From an uncultured virus (IMG/VR IMGVR_UViG_3300034104_004859) (Duplodnaviria > Heunggongvirae > Uroviricota > Caudoviricetes), in the IMG/VR virus record IMGVR_UViG_3300034104_004859: 64,000 nt of DNA. The stretch is one strand, 5' to 3'. The notes under the pieces are model-generated. The model saw only the letters and a list, made by a program, of their open reading frames with translations, made no database searches and had not been told where the DNA came from. Shown here piece after piece: positions 50,165 through 58,702 of the stretch. Both the position numbers and the translations under genes were made by a program. The stretch's first letter is position 1; every line of letters starts with the position of its first letter.

Positions 50165-50524
50165 ATGAAAAAATACGCATTGTACATCGGAAGGTGGCAG
50201 AATTGGCACAAAGGACACGAATGGTTAATCCGCCAACAATTGGATAATGGTAAAAATGTTTGGGTAGCAATTAGAGATGTACCCGAAGATGAGAATAATC
50301 CTAAGTCAGCATACAAAGTTATGATGGATTTAATGGAAGAACCATTCTTTCAAGAAAACATAGATAGAATTTTAGTAAGTATCATTCCAGATATTGAATC
50401 AGTAAACTATGGTAGAGGAGTTGGATATGATGTAATCTATCACGAACCACCGGCTGATGTAGCTGTAATTAGTGGTACTGCTATTCGTAATGGGGAAATG
50501 AATAACGATGGTAGTACAACGTAA
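50165..50524 (+). CDS. HxGH nucleotidyltransferase (cytidylyltransferase/ATP-sulfurylase-like)
   Basis: IGRWQ.WHKGH, YGRGVGY, ISGT.IR. Confidence 0.75.
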   Translation: MKKYALYIGRWQNWHKGHEWLIRQQLDNGKNVWVAIRDVPEDENNPKSAYKVMMDLMEEPFFQENIDRILVSIIPDIESVNYGRGVGYDVIYHEPPADVAVISGTAIRNGEMNNDGSTT

Positions 50525-50723
50525 GAGACACATAGCTAAAACCATCTCATATCGTATTTTAAGTACGCTTATAGGGTTTTGTATAATGTGGTGGGTAAGT
50601 GGTTCAATTAAAGTAGGTGCTGCATTTGGGGTAGCAGAATTGATTTACAAGCCTATTCAATACTACATTCATGAAAGAATTTGGTATAAATGGATAAAAT
50701 TTGGATTGAAAAAAGAAAATTGA
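50508..50723 (+). CDS. DUF2061-like small membrane protein
   Basis: KTISYR...YYIHERIW. Confidence 0.75.
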   Translation: MVVQRKRHIAKTISYRILSTLIGFCIMWWVSGSIKVGAAFGVAELIYKPIQYYIHERIWYKWIKFGLKKEN

Positions 50724-50724
50724 T

Positions 50725-50733
50725 ATACTTATA
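50725..50733 (+). promoter_or_regulatory. ATAYTTATA motif
   Basis: ATACTTATA in the intergenic gap. Confidence 0.4.
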
Positions 50734-50768
50734 TAAAGAAATACAATTAGTATATCAAAATATAAGTT

Positions 50769-51332
50769 ATGGAAGAAGAAAAAGAAGTGAGGGAATTTCC
50801 CAATTTTGACCCAACAAAAGATTTATCATTAGCCCCTCAAAAGAGAACAAAAAGAGGATTAGGTGCTAGACCTTTATTAGAGAGTGAAATAAAGGATATA
50901 CAAAAGAAAGCCCGTTCAGCGGCTGAAGCAGCAAGATTATTAGGTGTATCGTATAACACATACAAAAAATACGCAAGAGAATATAAAGTATTTGATGATT
51001 TAAAGAATCCATCTGGTATTGGTATTCGTAAAGGAACTCAAACTAGTGGTGGATTCCATGCGTTGGATGATGTATTAAATGGAAAATACCCGAATTACCC
51101 AGTTTGGAAATTAAAAAAGAGATTATTACTTAATTCGTATATGGAGGAAAAATGTAATAATTGTGGATTTTGTGAAAGGAGGGTAACAGACCACAGAGTT
51201 CCATTAATTTTGGACTTTTTGGATGGTAATCGTAAGAATTTCACATATGACAACCTTAGAATGCTATGTTTTAACTGTTCGTTCCTAATAAATGGAAATC
51301 TTACAGGTCCTAGAAAAGAATATGAGTATTAA
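50769..51332 (+). CDS. HTH + degenerate HNH zinc-finger protein
   Basis: SAAEAARLLGVSYNTYKKY HTH; CNNC...LDFLDGN..N...NLRMLCFNC. Confidence 0.7.
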   Translation: MEEEKEVREFPNFDPTKDLSLAPQKRTKRGLGARPLLESEIKDIQKKARSAAEAARLLGVSYNTYKKYAREYKVFDDLKNPSGIGIRKGTQTSGGFHALDDVLNGKYPNYPVWKLKKRLLLNSYMEEKCNNCGFCERRVTDHRVPLILDFLDGNRKNFTYDNLRMLCFNCSFLINGNLTGPRKEYEY

Positions 51333-51364
51333 TTTGGTAGATTCAGAAAATTATCGTATATTTA
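51333..51364 (+). promoter_or_regulatory. Bacteroidota-type -33/-7 promoter
   Basis: TTTGG (51333-51337), N20, TATATTTA (51357-51364). Confidence 0.7.
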
Positions 51365-51391
51365 CATAAATCAAATTTAAAACAATAAATT

Positions 51392-51613
51392 ATGGCAAAG
51401 TATTTTGAAGTTACAGTGACCGTTCAACACGAAGTGGATGGCGGCAAAGGTGGTACAAAAATTAAGAAAGTTAAAGAAAGTTATTTAGTAGATGCTATGA
51501 CCGTTACGGAAGCAGAAGCTAGAGTAGTTAAAGAATTCGAATCAGCAGGTGTAAGCTTAGAGTATGAAGTATCAGCTGCAAGAGAATCTAAAATCTTACA
51601 AGTAATTCAATAA
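51392..51613 (+). CDS. DUF4494-like protein
   Basis: KKVKE.YLVDA.TVTEAEARV. Confidence 0.75.
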   Translation: MAKYFEVTVTVQHEVDGGKGGTKIKKVKESYLVDAMTVTEAEARVVKEFESAGVSLEYEVSAARESKILQVIQ

Positions 51614-51870
51614 TGGGAATCGAAACAAAAATCGAAGAAGTTAAAGAAGTAATAATGAAAAGAGTTCCACCGGGTGATAGATGGTCACCTGTGGATTCTC
51701 CTTCTGTTACTTTGGATAGTTTGACTGATGCATTGGAATATCATTTCCAAAACACAGGCCAAACTGAATTTTTCTTGTCTGCTAGAAAGGGTACTGTAGA
51801 GGTTATCCACAAACAAGAAGTTAAATTTGAGAAACCTGTTAAAAGGTATTCTCTATATGATGAGGATTAA
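51613..51870 (+). CDS. Hypothetical protein
   Basis: 85-aa ORF, TAATG coupling. Confidence 0.65.
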   Translation: MGIETKIEEVKEVIMKRVPPGDRWSPVDSPSVTLDSLTDALEYHFQNTGQTEFFLSARKGTVEVIHKQEVKFEKPVKRYSLYDED

Positions 51871-51897
51871 AAATCGTTATGTTTACTAAAAAACATA

Positions 51898-51906
51898 ATA
51901 CTTATA
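51898..51906 (+). promoter_or_regulatory. ATAYTTATA motif
   Basis: ATACTTATA(TAAATA) in the intergenic gap. Confidence 0.45.
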
Positions 51907-51931
51907 TAAATAACATAAAAAACAAACAATT

Positions 51932-52183
51932 ATGAGTACATTCGCTATCGTAGTATTGGTTATCGCAATCGGTGCCGTTGCCACATTTATCGCTATGAAA
52001 AAAGGCACAATTGCCGATGCAAACAACAACAACATTCCTGATGCAATTGAAGAAAAAGTTGCTGAAGTAAAAGAAGTTGCTAAGAAAGTAAAAGCAGTTG
52101 CTGAAAAAGCTACTAAAGTTGCAAAGACCGTTGTAGTAGAAAAGAAAGCTACAAAGAAGCCAGCAGCTAAGAAAACAAAATAG
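51932..52183 (+). CDS. Small membrane-anchored protein with a Lys/Ala-rich tail
   Basis: N-terminal TM, DANNNNIPD Dx(D/N)xDG-like loop, KKPAAKK tail. Confidence 0.7.
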   Translation: MSTFAIVVLVIAIGAVATFIAMKKGTIADANNNNIPDAIEEKVAEVKEVAKKVKAVAEKATKVAKTVVVEKKATKKPAAKKTK

Positions 52184-52240
52184 TATAGAAATATACGTCA
52201 ATAGGTTACGTTACACTTTACAAAAAAAATGTAACAACAA

Positions 52241-52369
52241 ATGGCAAAGTCAGTAGGTTCTGCTAATAAAGTATCTTTTGGTAAAAGAAAGACTGGAAAG
52301 ATTAATGGTAAGAAATCATACGGCCCTAAATCCCAAGCACCTAAAAGGTACAAAGGACAAGGGAAGTAA
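52241..52369 (+). CDS. Small basic protein (42 aa, ends YKGQGK); not in the ORF track
   Basis: MAKSVGSANKVSFGKRKTGKINGKKSYGPKSQAPKRYKGQGK. Confidence 0.7.
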   Translation: MAKSVGSANKVSFGKRKTGKINGKKSYGPKSQAPKRYKGQGK

Positions 52370-52385
52370 TTAAAATAAAGAAGTT

Positions 52386-52796
52386 ATGAAAATTTGGTTA
52401 TGGAGATTACTCGGACTATTGTTCGTAGGTTGCGCATACATCGGAGCTATTGTTCCTGGCGTACCTATGACAACATTTGTAATCTTAGCAGCATGGGCAT
52501 TCGCTAAGAGTTCACCAAAGTTAAATCATTGGTTGCATACTCACCCAACATTCTCACCATATCTTATTAGATGGGAGGAAAAAAGCATTTATCCAACGAA
52601 AGTTAAATGGATAATGGCTATTACTATGGTTGTAAGTTATTCCATTTTACTATTCACATTACATAAACCAGCAGCACTTATTGGTATTGGTGGATTTATG
52701 TTATTTTGGGTAGTATGGGCTTGGAGATATCCGGGTTCAGAAGAAGAATATGAGCGTAGAAAGAAAGCTGGAGAGAAAATTGGTTGGACAAAATAG
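52386..52796 (+). CDS. ybaN: YbaN/DUF454 membrane protein
   Basis: G...PG.P.T.F.ILAAW.F.KSSP.L..WL..HP.F. Confidence 0.85.
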   Translation: MKIWLWRLLGLLFVGCAYIGAIVPGVPMTTFVILAAWAFAKSSPKLNHWLHTHPTFSPYLIRWEEKSIYPTKVKWIMAITMVVSYSILLFTLHKPAALIGIGGFMLFWVVWAWRYPGSEEEYERRKKAGEKIGWTK

Positions 52797-52807
52797 TTTA
52801 ATCTAAT

Positions 52808-53575
52808 ATGGAAGATGTTACACTTATCATTCAGGGAAGATTGATGCAAGAAACATATGATTTTTATGTTAAAACTTGTACCGATTTTCCTGTTGTTATT
52901 TCTACATGGGTGGATTGTAAAATAGATTTCTCTAATTTACCACCTAATTTTTTAGTAATATTATCACAAATTCCTGAAGAGCCTGGTGCTCAAAATTTTC
53001 ATTATCAAACTGTTTCTACTTTAACTGGATTAGAAAGAATAAAAACAAAGTATGTAATTAAAGTGAGAGGCGATGAATTTTATTCAAATTTACAATACAT
53101 ACATAATGTATTAAGAGTAGATCCTGATAAAATACATTCCGCTTCGGTATTTTTTAGAGCGTGGCAATATTCAGAATATCATATATCAGACCACATTATA
53201 GCTGGTACAACTGAAAATCTATTGATTATGTTTAGAGCATGCAAGCACAACTTTGATACAGGTAAGATGAATGTTTCAAAATGGAAAATTGATGGAAATT
53301 TTTATAAATACGTTACAACTCATGCTCCCGAAGAACGAATAACTAAATCGTATTTGGATGCTAAAGCTCCTGATAAATTTGAAAGAGTTGATGGTAGAAT
53401 ATTAATGAAAGAACATTTTGATATATTAGATTTAAATTTACTAAAACCATATAAAGTAAAAGCAAATTTATTTAAAGTAGAATGGTATGATAACTTCCTC
53501 CCAGAAGCAAATTATAGTATATCAACCATAGACCAATTATTTAGTGATGACCCTTATAAAATACCAAACCAATGA
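52808..53575 (+). CDS. WavE-like glycan synthesis protein
   Basis: TLIIQG, ISTW, Q..ST..GL, KVRGD, HISDH..AG. Confidence 0.75.
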   Translation: MEDVTLIIQGRLMQETYDFYVKTCTDFPVVISTWVDCKIDFSNLPPNFLVILSQIPEEPGAQNFHYQTVSTLTGLERIKTKYVIKVRGDEFYSNLQYIHNVLRVDPDKIHSASVFFRAWQYSEYHISDHIIAGTTENLLIMFRACKHNFDTGKMNVSKWKIDGNFYKYVTTHAPEERITKSYLDAKAPDKFERVDGRILMKEHFDILDLNLLKPYKVKANLFKVEWYDNFLPEANYSISTIDQLFSDDPYKIPNQ

Positions 53576-53997
53576 TACTAATATCGCATAGAGGAAATAT
53601 AGACGGTAAAATACCTGAATACGAAAACAATCCAAATTATATACAAGCTGCATTGGAATTAGGTTACGATGTAGAAGTTGATGTATGGTTTGTTGATGGT
53701 AAGTTTATGTTAGGACATGATGAACCGCAATACGAAACTGATTATAAGTTTTTGATGAACGAAAAGTTATGGTGTCATGCTAAACACTTGGATGCATTGT
53801 TTGAAATGAAAAAATATGCAATTCATTATTTTTGGCACGAAACTGATACCGTAACTCTTACATCTAAAAACTATGTTTGGGCATATCCTGGTAAGCAACC
53901 AATCAAAGGAAGTATAGCTTGTATGCCTGAATTGGAAAATGATAATGTACTACTTTGTAAAGGTATTTGTTCTGATTATATAAAAAGGTATAAGTAA
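53572..53997 (+). CDS. GDPD/PLC-like phosphodiesterase-domain protein
   Basis: ISHRGN, EN, DVEVDVW, LGHD, GICSD. Confidence 0.75.
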   Translation: MILISHRGNIDGKIPEYENNPNYIQAALELGYDVEVDVWFVDGKFMLGHDEPQYETDYKFLMNEKLWCHAKHLDALFEMKKYAIHYFWHETDTVTLTSKNYVWAYPGKQPIKGSIACMPELENDNVLLCKGICSDYIKRYK

Positions 53998-54399
53998 ATG
54001 AATATATATCCTCCAGCTAAAGTTTATATAGCAAAAAGTAGTGTTCATGGCTGGGGTGTTTTTGCCAAAGAAATAATCTATGAAGGGGAGGTAATAGAAG
54101 AAACCCCGTTATTAGACCTAAAGATTGAGAAAGGGTCACCATCATCGGTTTTATTAGATTATAGATTCAATTGGCCACAAGGAAGTGGTAACAATTGGGA
54201 AAAACAAGTTATACCTTGGGGATATGGTTGTTTATATAATCATTCCAACGAAGCTAATGCATATTGGCGTTCAAATTTGGAAAATGAAACTTTTGAATTT
54301 GTAGCAAATAGAGATATAGAAATTGATGACGAAATATTTACCTATTATGGAGGTGTTGAATATTGGGAAGATGGTAGAACTAAAACAAATGTAGTATAA
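53998..54399 (+). CDS. SET-domain methyltransferase
   Basis: HGWGVFA, YNHSNEAN, A.RDI..DDEIFTYY. Confidence 0.9.
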   Translation: MNIYPPAKVYIAKSSVHGWGVFAKEIIYEGEVIEETPLLDLKIEKGSPSSVLLDYRFNWPQGSGNNWEKQVIPWGYGCLYNHSNEANAYWRSNLENETFEFVANRDIEIDDEIFTYYGGVEYWEDGRTKTNVV

Positions 54400-55211
54400 T
54401 GAAAATAGCACTTTGTTTTTCTGGATTTATTAGAGATTTAGATGAAACTAAAAACTTTTGGACAGAACTTATAGAAAAACATAAGATAGATGTGTATGCC
54501 TCTTTTTGGGATACTGAAAAACCTGAATTGAATGATACTATAAACAATTTCTTAACAATATATACTCCCAAAAAATATGAAGTAGAAAGTTACAAAATAT
54601 TCAAAGATACAACGCAAGATTTTGCTTCAATGAATATAGAATCTCCAAAAAACTTACTTCCGCATTTACAAAATACCTCAAAGGTATTTGGTCAATTATC
54701 AATGTATTATAAAGTTTGGAAATGTAATATGCTAACTAAACAATTAGGTATAGAGTATGATTTAGTTATAAGAGCTAGAACCGATGTTGTTTTGGATGAA
54801 AATTTTGAAATAGTTGAAAACGATATGCTAAATATTCCTATGGGTTGGATGAGTTGTTTTTCATATCCAAATTCAGATGGTATAAATGATTGCTTTGCAT
54901 ATGGAAGGCCAAAAATAATGGATTATTATAGTTTTATCTATCTTAGAATGATGGAGTATTTGAATGTAGGGCATTATGTATTCCCACCGGAACATTTCTT
55001 AGCAGTACATTTTAGTAAGATTCATATTCAAATGAGATACTTTCCAAATTATATGATAATAACAAGAATATCAAAAGGTACTGAACATGATGTTTATAAT
55101 TCTTTTATAACAAAACCATACGAAGATATAAGATGGAGTGATTGGAATGAATTTATCCCAGATGAAAGATGGACATTTAAAAAACAAATGAAAGATGATT
55201 TTATCGTTTAA
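54399..55211 (+). CDS. Putative glycosyltransferase-like protein
   Basis: MKIALCFSG.IR, SMYY, YDLVIRARTD, NDCFAYG, PE..L. Confidence 0.6.
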   Translation: MKIALCFSGFIRDLDETKNFWTELIEKHKIDVYASFWDTEKPELNDTINNFLTIYTPKKYEVESYKIFKDTTQDFASMNIESPKNLLPHLQNTSKVFGQLSMYYKVWKCNMLTKQLGIEYDLVIRARTDVVLDENFEIVENDMLNIPMGWMSCFSYPNSDGINDCFAYGRPKIMDYYSFIYLRMMEYLNVGHYVFPPEHFLAVHFSKIHIQMRYFPNYMIITRISKGTEHDVYNSFITKPYEDIRWSDWNEFIPDERWTFKKQMKDDFIV

Positions 55212-55248
55212 ATCTATAATGTTATATTTAATAAAAATATAAAGCATT

Positions 55249-55422
55249 ATGAATGTAGAAAACAAAATCAAAGACATTATAGATATGTTAGAAGATGCTA
55301 TCTCATTTGAAGATTGGGGTAGAGTTGAAGAAGCACAAAAGGAATTAACATTTGTGTATGAGGAAATGCAATCATCATTTCCTTTAGATGAGTGGGATGA
55401 GGATATGGGTGATTTTAAATAA
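55249..55422 (+). CDS. Small acidic protein (57 aa); not in the ORF track
   Basis: MNVENKIKDIIDMLEDAISFEDWGRVEEAQKELTFVYEEMQSSFPLDEWDEDMGDFK; fills the intergenic gap. Confidence 0.7.
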   Translation: MNVENKIKDIIDMLEDAISFEDWGRVEEAQKELTFVYEEMQSSFPLDEWDEDMGDFK

Positions 55423-55427
55423 AATAA

Positions 55428-56156
55428 ATGGTAAAAAAAATATTGGTTACGGGATTTGCACATTCTGGAACTACTGTACTTCGTGCTAAAATTGGAGAAT
55501 GTAAAAATACAGCAGACTGTGCAAATGAATCTCCAATCCCACCCACATTTCATCCTGAAATGCCTTTTGATTTTTATGTATGGAAAAATCCCTTTTTACC
55601 AACAGAAATAAGGAATTTTGGGTTTTCAAATAAACCTAATAGTTTTTATGCAGATTGCATTGTAATTCCTATTATACGAAATCCTTGGAATGTATTTTCA
55701 TCAATATATAGAAAAAGTAAACTTACCAATAATGAATTTTCCATATATGATAGTAGACATGCGTTTTCCTTACCATGGTATGAAAACGCATGCAATGTTA
55801 TTGCAGATGCATTTGAAAATAATTATCCTGATGTTTATCCTATAAAATATGAAGAAATGTTTGATAATAATTTTGAAAAACTTAGAATTATTTTAGATAA
55901 AATCGGAATGCAGTATGATGATGATATTTTTATAAAAAGAACTAAAGATTATATATTTAACAATACACATTTAAGACCAGAACATAACAATTCATTGGAT
56001 TATGATAGATTTGATGAATTACGAGCGTGGCAGATAAATCAGCCATTTAAAAATATGAATGCAGATATAGACTTACCAGATGATTTTTCTCAAATGTTAG
56101 CAAATTCACCAAGTGTACAAAAATTAGGGTATTCTGACCCTCGCATAACTGATTGA
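55428..56156 (+). CDS. Sulfotransferase-family protein
   Basis: VTGFAHSGTT (5'-PSB loop), IIRNPW.V.SS (3'-PB), IKYEE. Confidence 0.8.
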   Translation: MVKKILVTGFAHSGTTVLRAKIGECKNTADCANESPIPPTFHPEMPFDFYVWKNPFLPTEIRNFGFSNKPNSFYADCIVIPIIRNPWNVFSSIYRKSKLTNNEFSIYDSRHAFSLPWYENACNVIADAFENNYPDVYPIKYEEMFDNNFEKLRIILDKIGMQYDDDIFIKRTKDYIFNNTHLRPEHNNSLDYDRFDELRAWQINQPFKNMNADIDLPDDFSQMLANSPSVQKLGYSDPRITD

Positions 56157-56220
56157 TTTTCAATAAGTTAGACATATAATAAAAAAATATATCTGTAAAG
56201 CGTTGATTCTCAAGAAACAA
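56146..56220. promoter_or_regulatory. 25-bp palindrome copies 2 (56146-56170) and 3 (56196-56220, degenerate)
   Basis: TAACTGATTGATTTTCAATAAGTTA; TAAAGCGTTGATTCTCAAGAAACAA. Confidence 0.6.
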
Positions 56221-56234
56221 TTTCTGGGTTAAAA

Positions 56235-56266
56235 TTTGGTAGTCTCAAATATTAGTTGTATATTTA
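56235..56266 (+). promoter_or_regulatory. Bacteroidota-type -33/-7 promoter
   Basis: TTTGG (56235-56239), N20, TATATTTA (56259-56266). Confidence 0.7.
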
Positions 56267-56296
56267 CATATAATTAATTCACAAAAACCCCTTTAT

Positions 56297-58522
56297 ATGA
56301 GTTGGTACAACGATTTCAAAACAGGCACAAAGGATTATCTAACTAAAGGTAATTCAAAACAATCAAAGACTTATAGTAAGTATGGTAGCTCCTCTTGGTG
56401 GATGAGTGATTGGGATGACACAGGTTATTCTAATTCGTTCACTACTACACAAGTCAAATCAAAGAACTTGTATAAGATGGCAGCTCATCGTAGAGCAATC
56501 GCTAACTTCGTAAGTATCGTAACCGGTAAAGCTATACCTGTTAAATTTAACACCAAAGGTAATTCATATACCGATGGTACTACAGTAGTAATTTCATCCA
56601 AAGTAGCAGAACCAAATGAGTTTGACCCGGCAGTAGGGTTGGCATTGCATGAAGGTTCACACATTAAGTTATCCAATTTTAAGTTATTGGCTGATATGTA
56701 CCAATCTATTCAAAAAGTAGTTGGACCGGCTAAATTAAAAGAATGGCAGGAAACCGCTAAAAAGAAAAACGTTGATGATATCATTTATACCATTAAGGAT
56801 ATTCTTAACTGGGTAGAGGATAGACGTATTGACCAATTCATCTTTGATGGTGCACCGGGTTATAGAGATTACTATCGTTCAATGTATGATAAGTACTTTA
56901 ATGACCCTGCTATTGATAAGGGTATGCAATCCGATGAATTCAAAACGGAAACAATGGATGCTTATATGTTCCGTTTGATTAACTTACATTCTAAGTTCAG
57001 TAAAGCAAACGCACTTAAAGGTTTGAGTGAGATTACAAAGATAGCTAAGTTATCAGATATCAATCGTTTAAAAACTACGGATGATGCCTTAGTAGTTGCT
57101 TGTGATATCTTTGAGGTTATTCTTAACAACATAGATGCCGAAGAACAAAAAGCTGAGAACAAAGCTAATGGTAAGAAACAAAAAGGTAATGGTAACGGAC
57201 AAGGACAAGCTCAGCAAGCAGGTGAGGGCGAAGAAGAAGCTGGTGAAGATGATATTGAAGTAGAGATGGGTGATGGTGGTAGTGAAGGTATGGGTGATGA
57301 TGGTGAAGATTTTGATGAGGCTGGTGATAATGGACCTGCCGAAGATGGTAAAGGTGTGGTAGGTAAGATTAAAGCAGTATTGGGTGGTAAGGGTAAAGGT
57401 AAACCTGCCGATGGTAAGTTATCCCAAAGACAAATGGATATCCTTAAAAAGAAAATTGAAAAGCAAAAAGAATTCCTAAGAGGTGAAGTTAAGAAAGGTA
57501 GTGTAAGTAGTAGTGAAAATAAATCATTAGATACCATTGACCAATCTGGTACTGAATTAAAGAAGGTAGGTGAGGAGTTGGCAAATGGTAAGGTAGTAAC
57601 GAAGGGTATTGATTGTATCGTTGTTAAGAAGATGACACAAACCTTATTAGAATCGCATGATTTCCCATTATCATCTTTACGATACAACGCCAAAGAAGGT
57701 GAGCATCAGTGTCAACCACAATGTGCTAGTGAAGTTTTGGAAGGTATTCGTATTGGTACGGTATTAGGTAAGAAGTTGCAGGTTCGTAGTGAAAGTAGAG
57801 AAACAATCTTCAATCGCCAATTGGTTGGTAGAATGGATAAGAGAATGATTTCATCTTTGGGTTTTGGAAATGAGCATGTGTTCTATACAAAAGAGATTGA
57901 TGCATATAAGAAAGCTAACTTACATATTTCAGTAGATGCCTCTGGTTCTATGAGTGGTACGAAATGGAGAAAGACTATGACTAATGTTGTAGCATTGGCT
58001 AAGGCAGTTAGTATGATTCCTAATTTGGAAATTCAAATTAGTTTCCGTACTACGTCTGGTGAGTTACCTTATATCGTAGTTGCTTATGATAGTAGAGTTG
58101 ATAAGTTTATCAAAGTGAAAACTTTATTCCAATACTTACAGCCTGGTGGTACAACGCCGGAAGGATTGGCATTTGAAGGTGTAATGAAACAAATGGTGGG
58201 TAGTACTACTGATGTAGATAGTTACTTCTTAAATATCTCCGATGGTGAACCTTACTTTCATGGTAAAGGTTATTCCTATCACGGTTATTACGCTAGTAAA
58301 CATACTCGTAAGATGGTAGATAAGATTGAGGCTATGGGTATCAAAGTATTGAGTTATTTTGTTAGTGATTATAGTGGTGATGTAAACCCTTCATCTGGTA
58401 GTGGTAAGGTATTCAAAGATTGTTATGGTAAAGCAGCATCTTATATCAATGTAACAAATGTAAATGAGGTGACTCGTACAATGAATAAATTGTTTATGAA
58501 TAAGCCCGCTGGTATTGAGTAA
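56297..58522 (+). CDS. HExxH metallopeptidase-like + vWA domain protein (CobT-like partner of the AAA ATPase)
   Basis: LHEGSH, N..ED.RI, acidic Gly-rich linker, MIDAS DASGSM, GGTTP, ISDGEP. Confidence 0.85.
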   Translation: MSWYNDFKTGTKDYLTKGNSKQSKTYSKYGSSSWWMSDWDDTGYSNSFTTTQVKSKNLYKMAAHRRAIANFVSIVTGKAIPVKFNTKGNSYTDGTTVVISSKVAEPNEFDPAVGLALHEGSHIKLSNFKLLADMYQSIQKVVGPAKLKEWQETAKKKNVDDIIYTIKDILNWVEDRRIDQFIFDGAPGYRDYYRSMYDKYFNDPAIDKGMQSDEFKTETMDAYMFRLINLHSKFSKANALKGLSEITKIAKLSDINRLKTTDDALVVACDIFEVILNNIDAEEQKAENKANGKKQKGNGNGQGQAQQAGEGEEEAGEDDIEVEMGDGGSEGMGDDGEDFDEAGDNGPAEDGKGVVGKIKAVLGGKGKGKPADGKLSQRQMDILKKKIEKQKEFLRGEVKKGSVSSSENKSLDTIDQSGTELKKVGEELANGKVVTKGIDCIVVKKMTQTLLESHDFPLSSLRYNAKEGEHQCQPQCASEVLEGIRIGTVLGKKLQVRSESRETIFNRQLVGRMDKRMISSLGFGNEHVFYTKEIDAYKKANLHISVDASGSMSGTKWRKTMTNVVALAKAVSMIPNLEIQISFRTTSGELPYIVVAYDSRVDKFIKVKTLFQYLQPGGTTPEGLAFEGVMKQMVGSTTDVDSYFLNISDGEPYFHGKGYSYHGYYASKHTRKMVDKIEAMGIKVLSYFVSDYSGDVNPSSGSGKVFKDCYGKAASYINVTNVNEVTRTMNKLFMNKPAGIE

Positions 58523-58526
58523 TTCA

Positions 58527-58603
58527 TAACTTGTTGAGAATCAATGGATTATAACTGGTTGAAAACCAATCACTTATGTAACTCATTGATTCTCAATAAA
58601 CAA
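58527..58603. promoter_or_regulatory. Three tandem copies of the 25-bp palindrome
   Basis: 58527-58551 TAACTTGTTGAGAATCAATGGATTA; 58552-58576 TAACTGGTTGAAAACCAATCACTTA; 58579-58603 TAACTCATTGATTCTCAATAAACAA. Confidence 0.65.
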
Positions 58604-58626
58604 TCTTTTTAAATAAGCAAAATAAA

Positions 58627-58658
58627 TTAGGTAATCTCAGGAAAGTTTCGTATCTTTA
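58627..58658 (+). promoter_or_regulatory. Bacteroidota-type -33/-7 promoter (variant)
   Basis: TTAGG (58627-58631), N20, TATCTTTA (58651-58658). Confidence 0.6.
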
Positions 58659-58702
58659 CGAAGTAAAGTTGATAAATTATATAAACATTAAATAACCCCG
58701 TT

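Noticed and set aside
58527..58603. Possible mini CRISPR array (phage has a Cas4-like nuclease)
   Set aside because: Units are degenerate and abut with 0-2 nt gaps, with no unique spacers; no cas1/cas2 present
58654..58668. CTTTAC-GAA-GTAAAG mini-hairpin reminiscent of N4 virion-RNAP promoters
   Set aside because: Single occurrence, AT-rich stem, not shared by the other promoters
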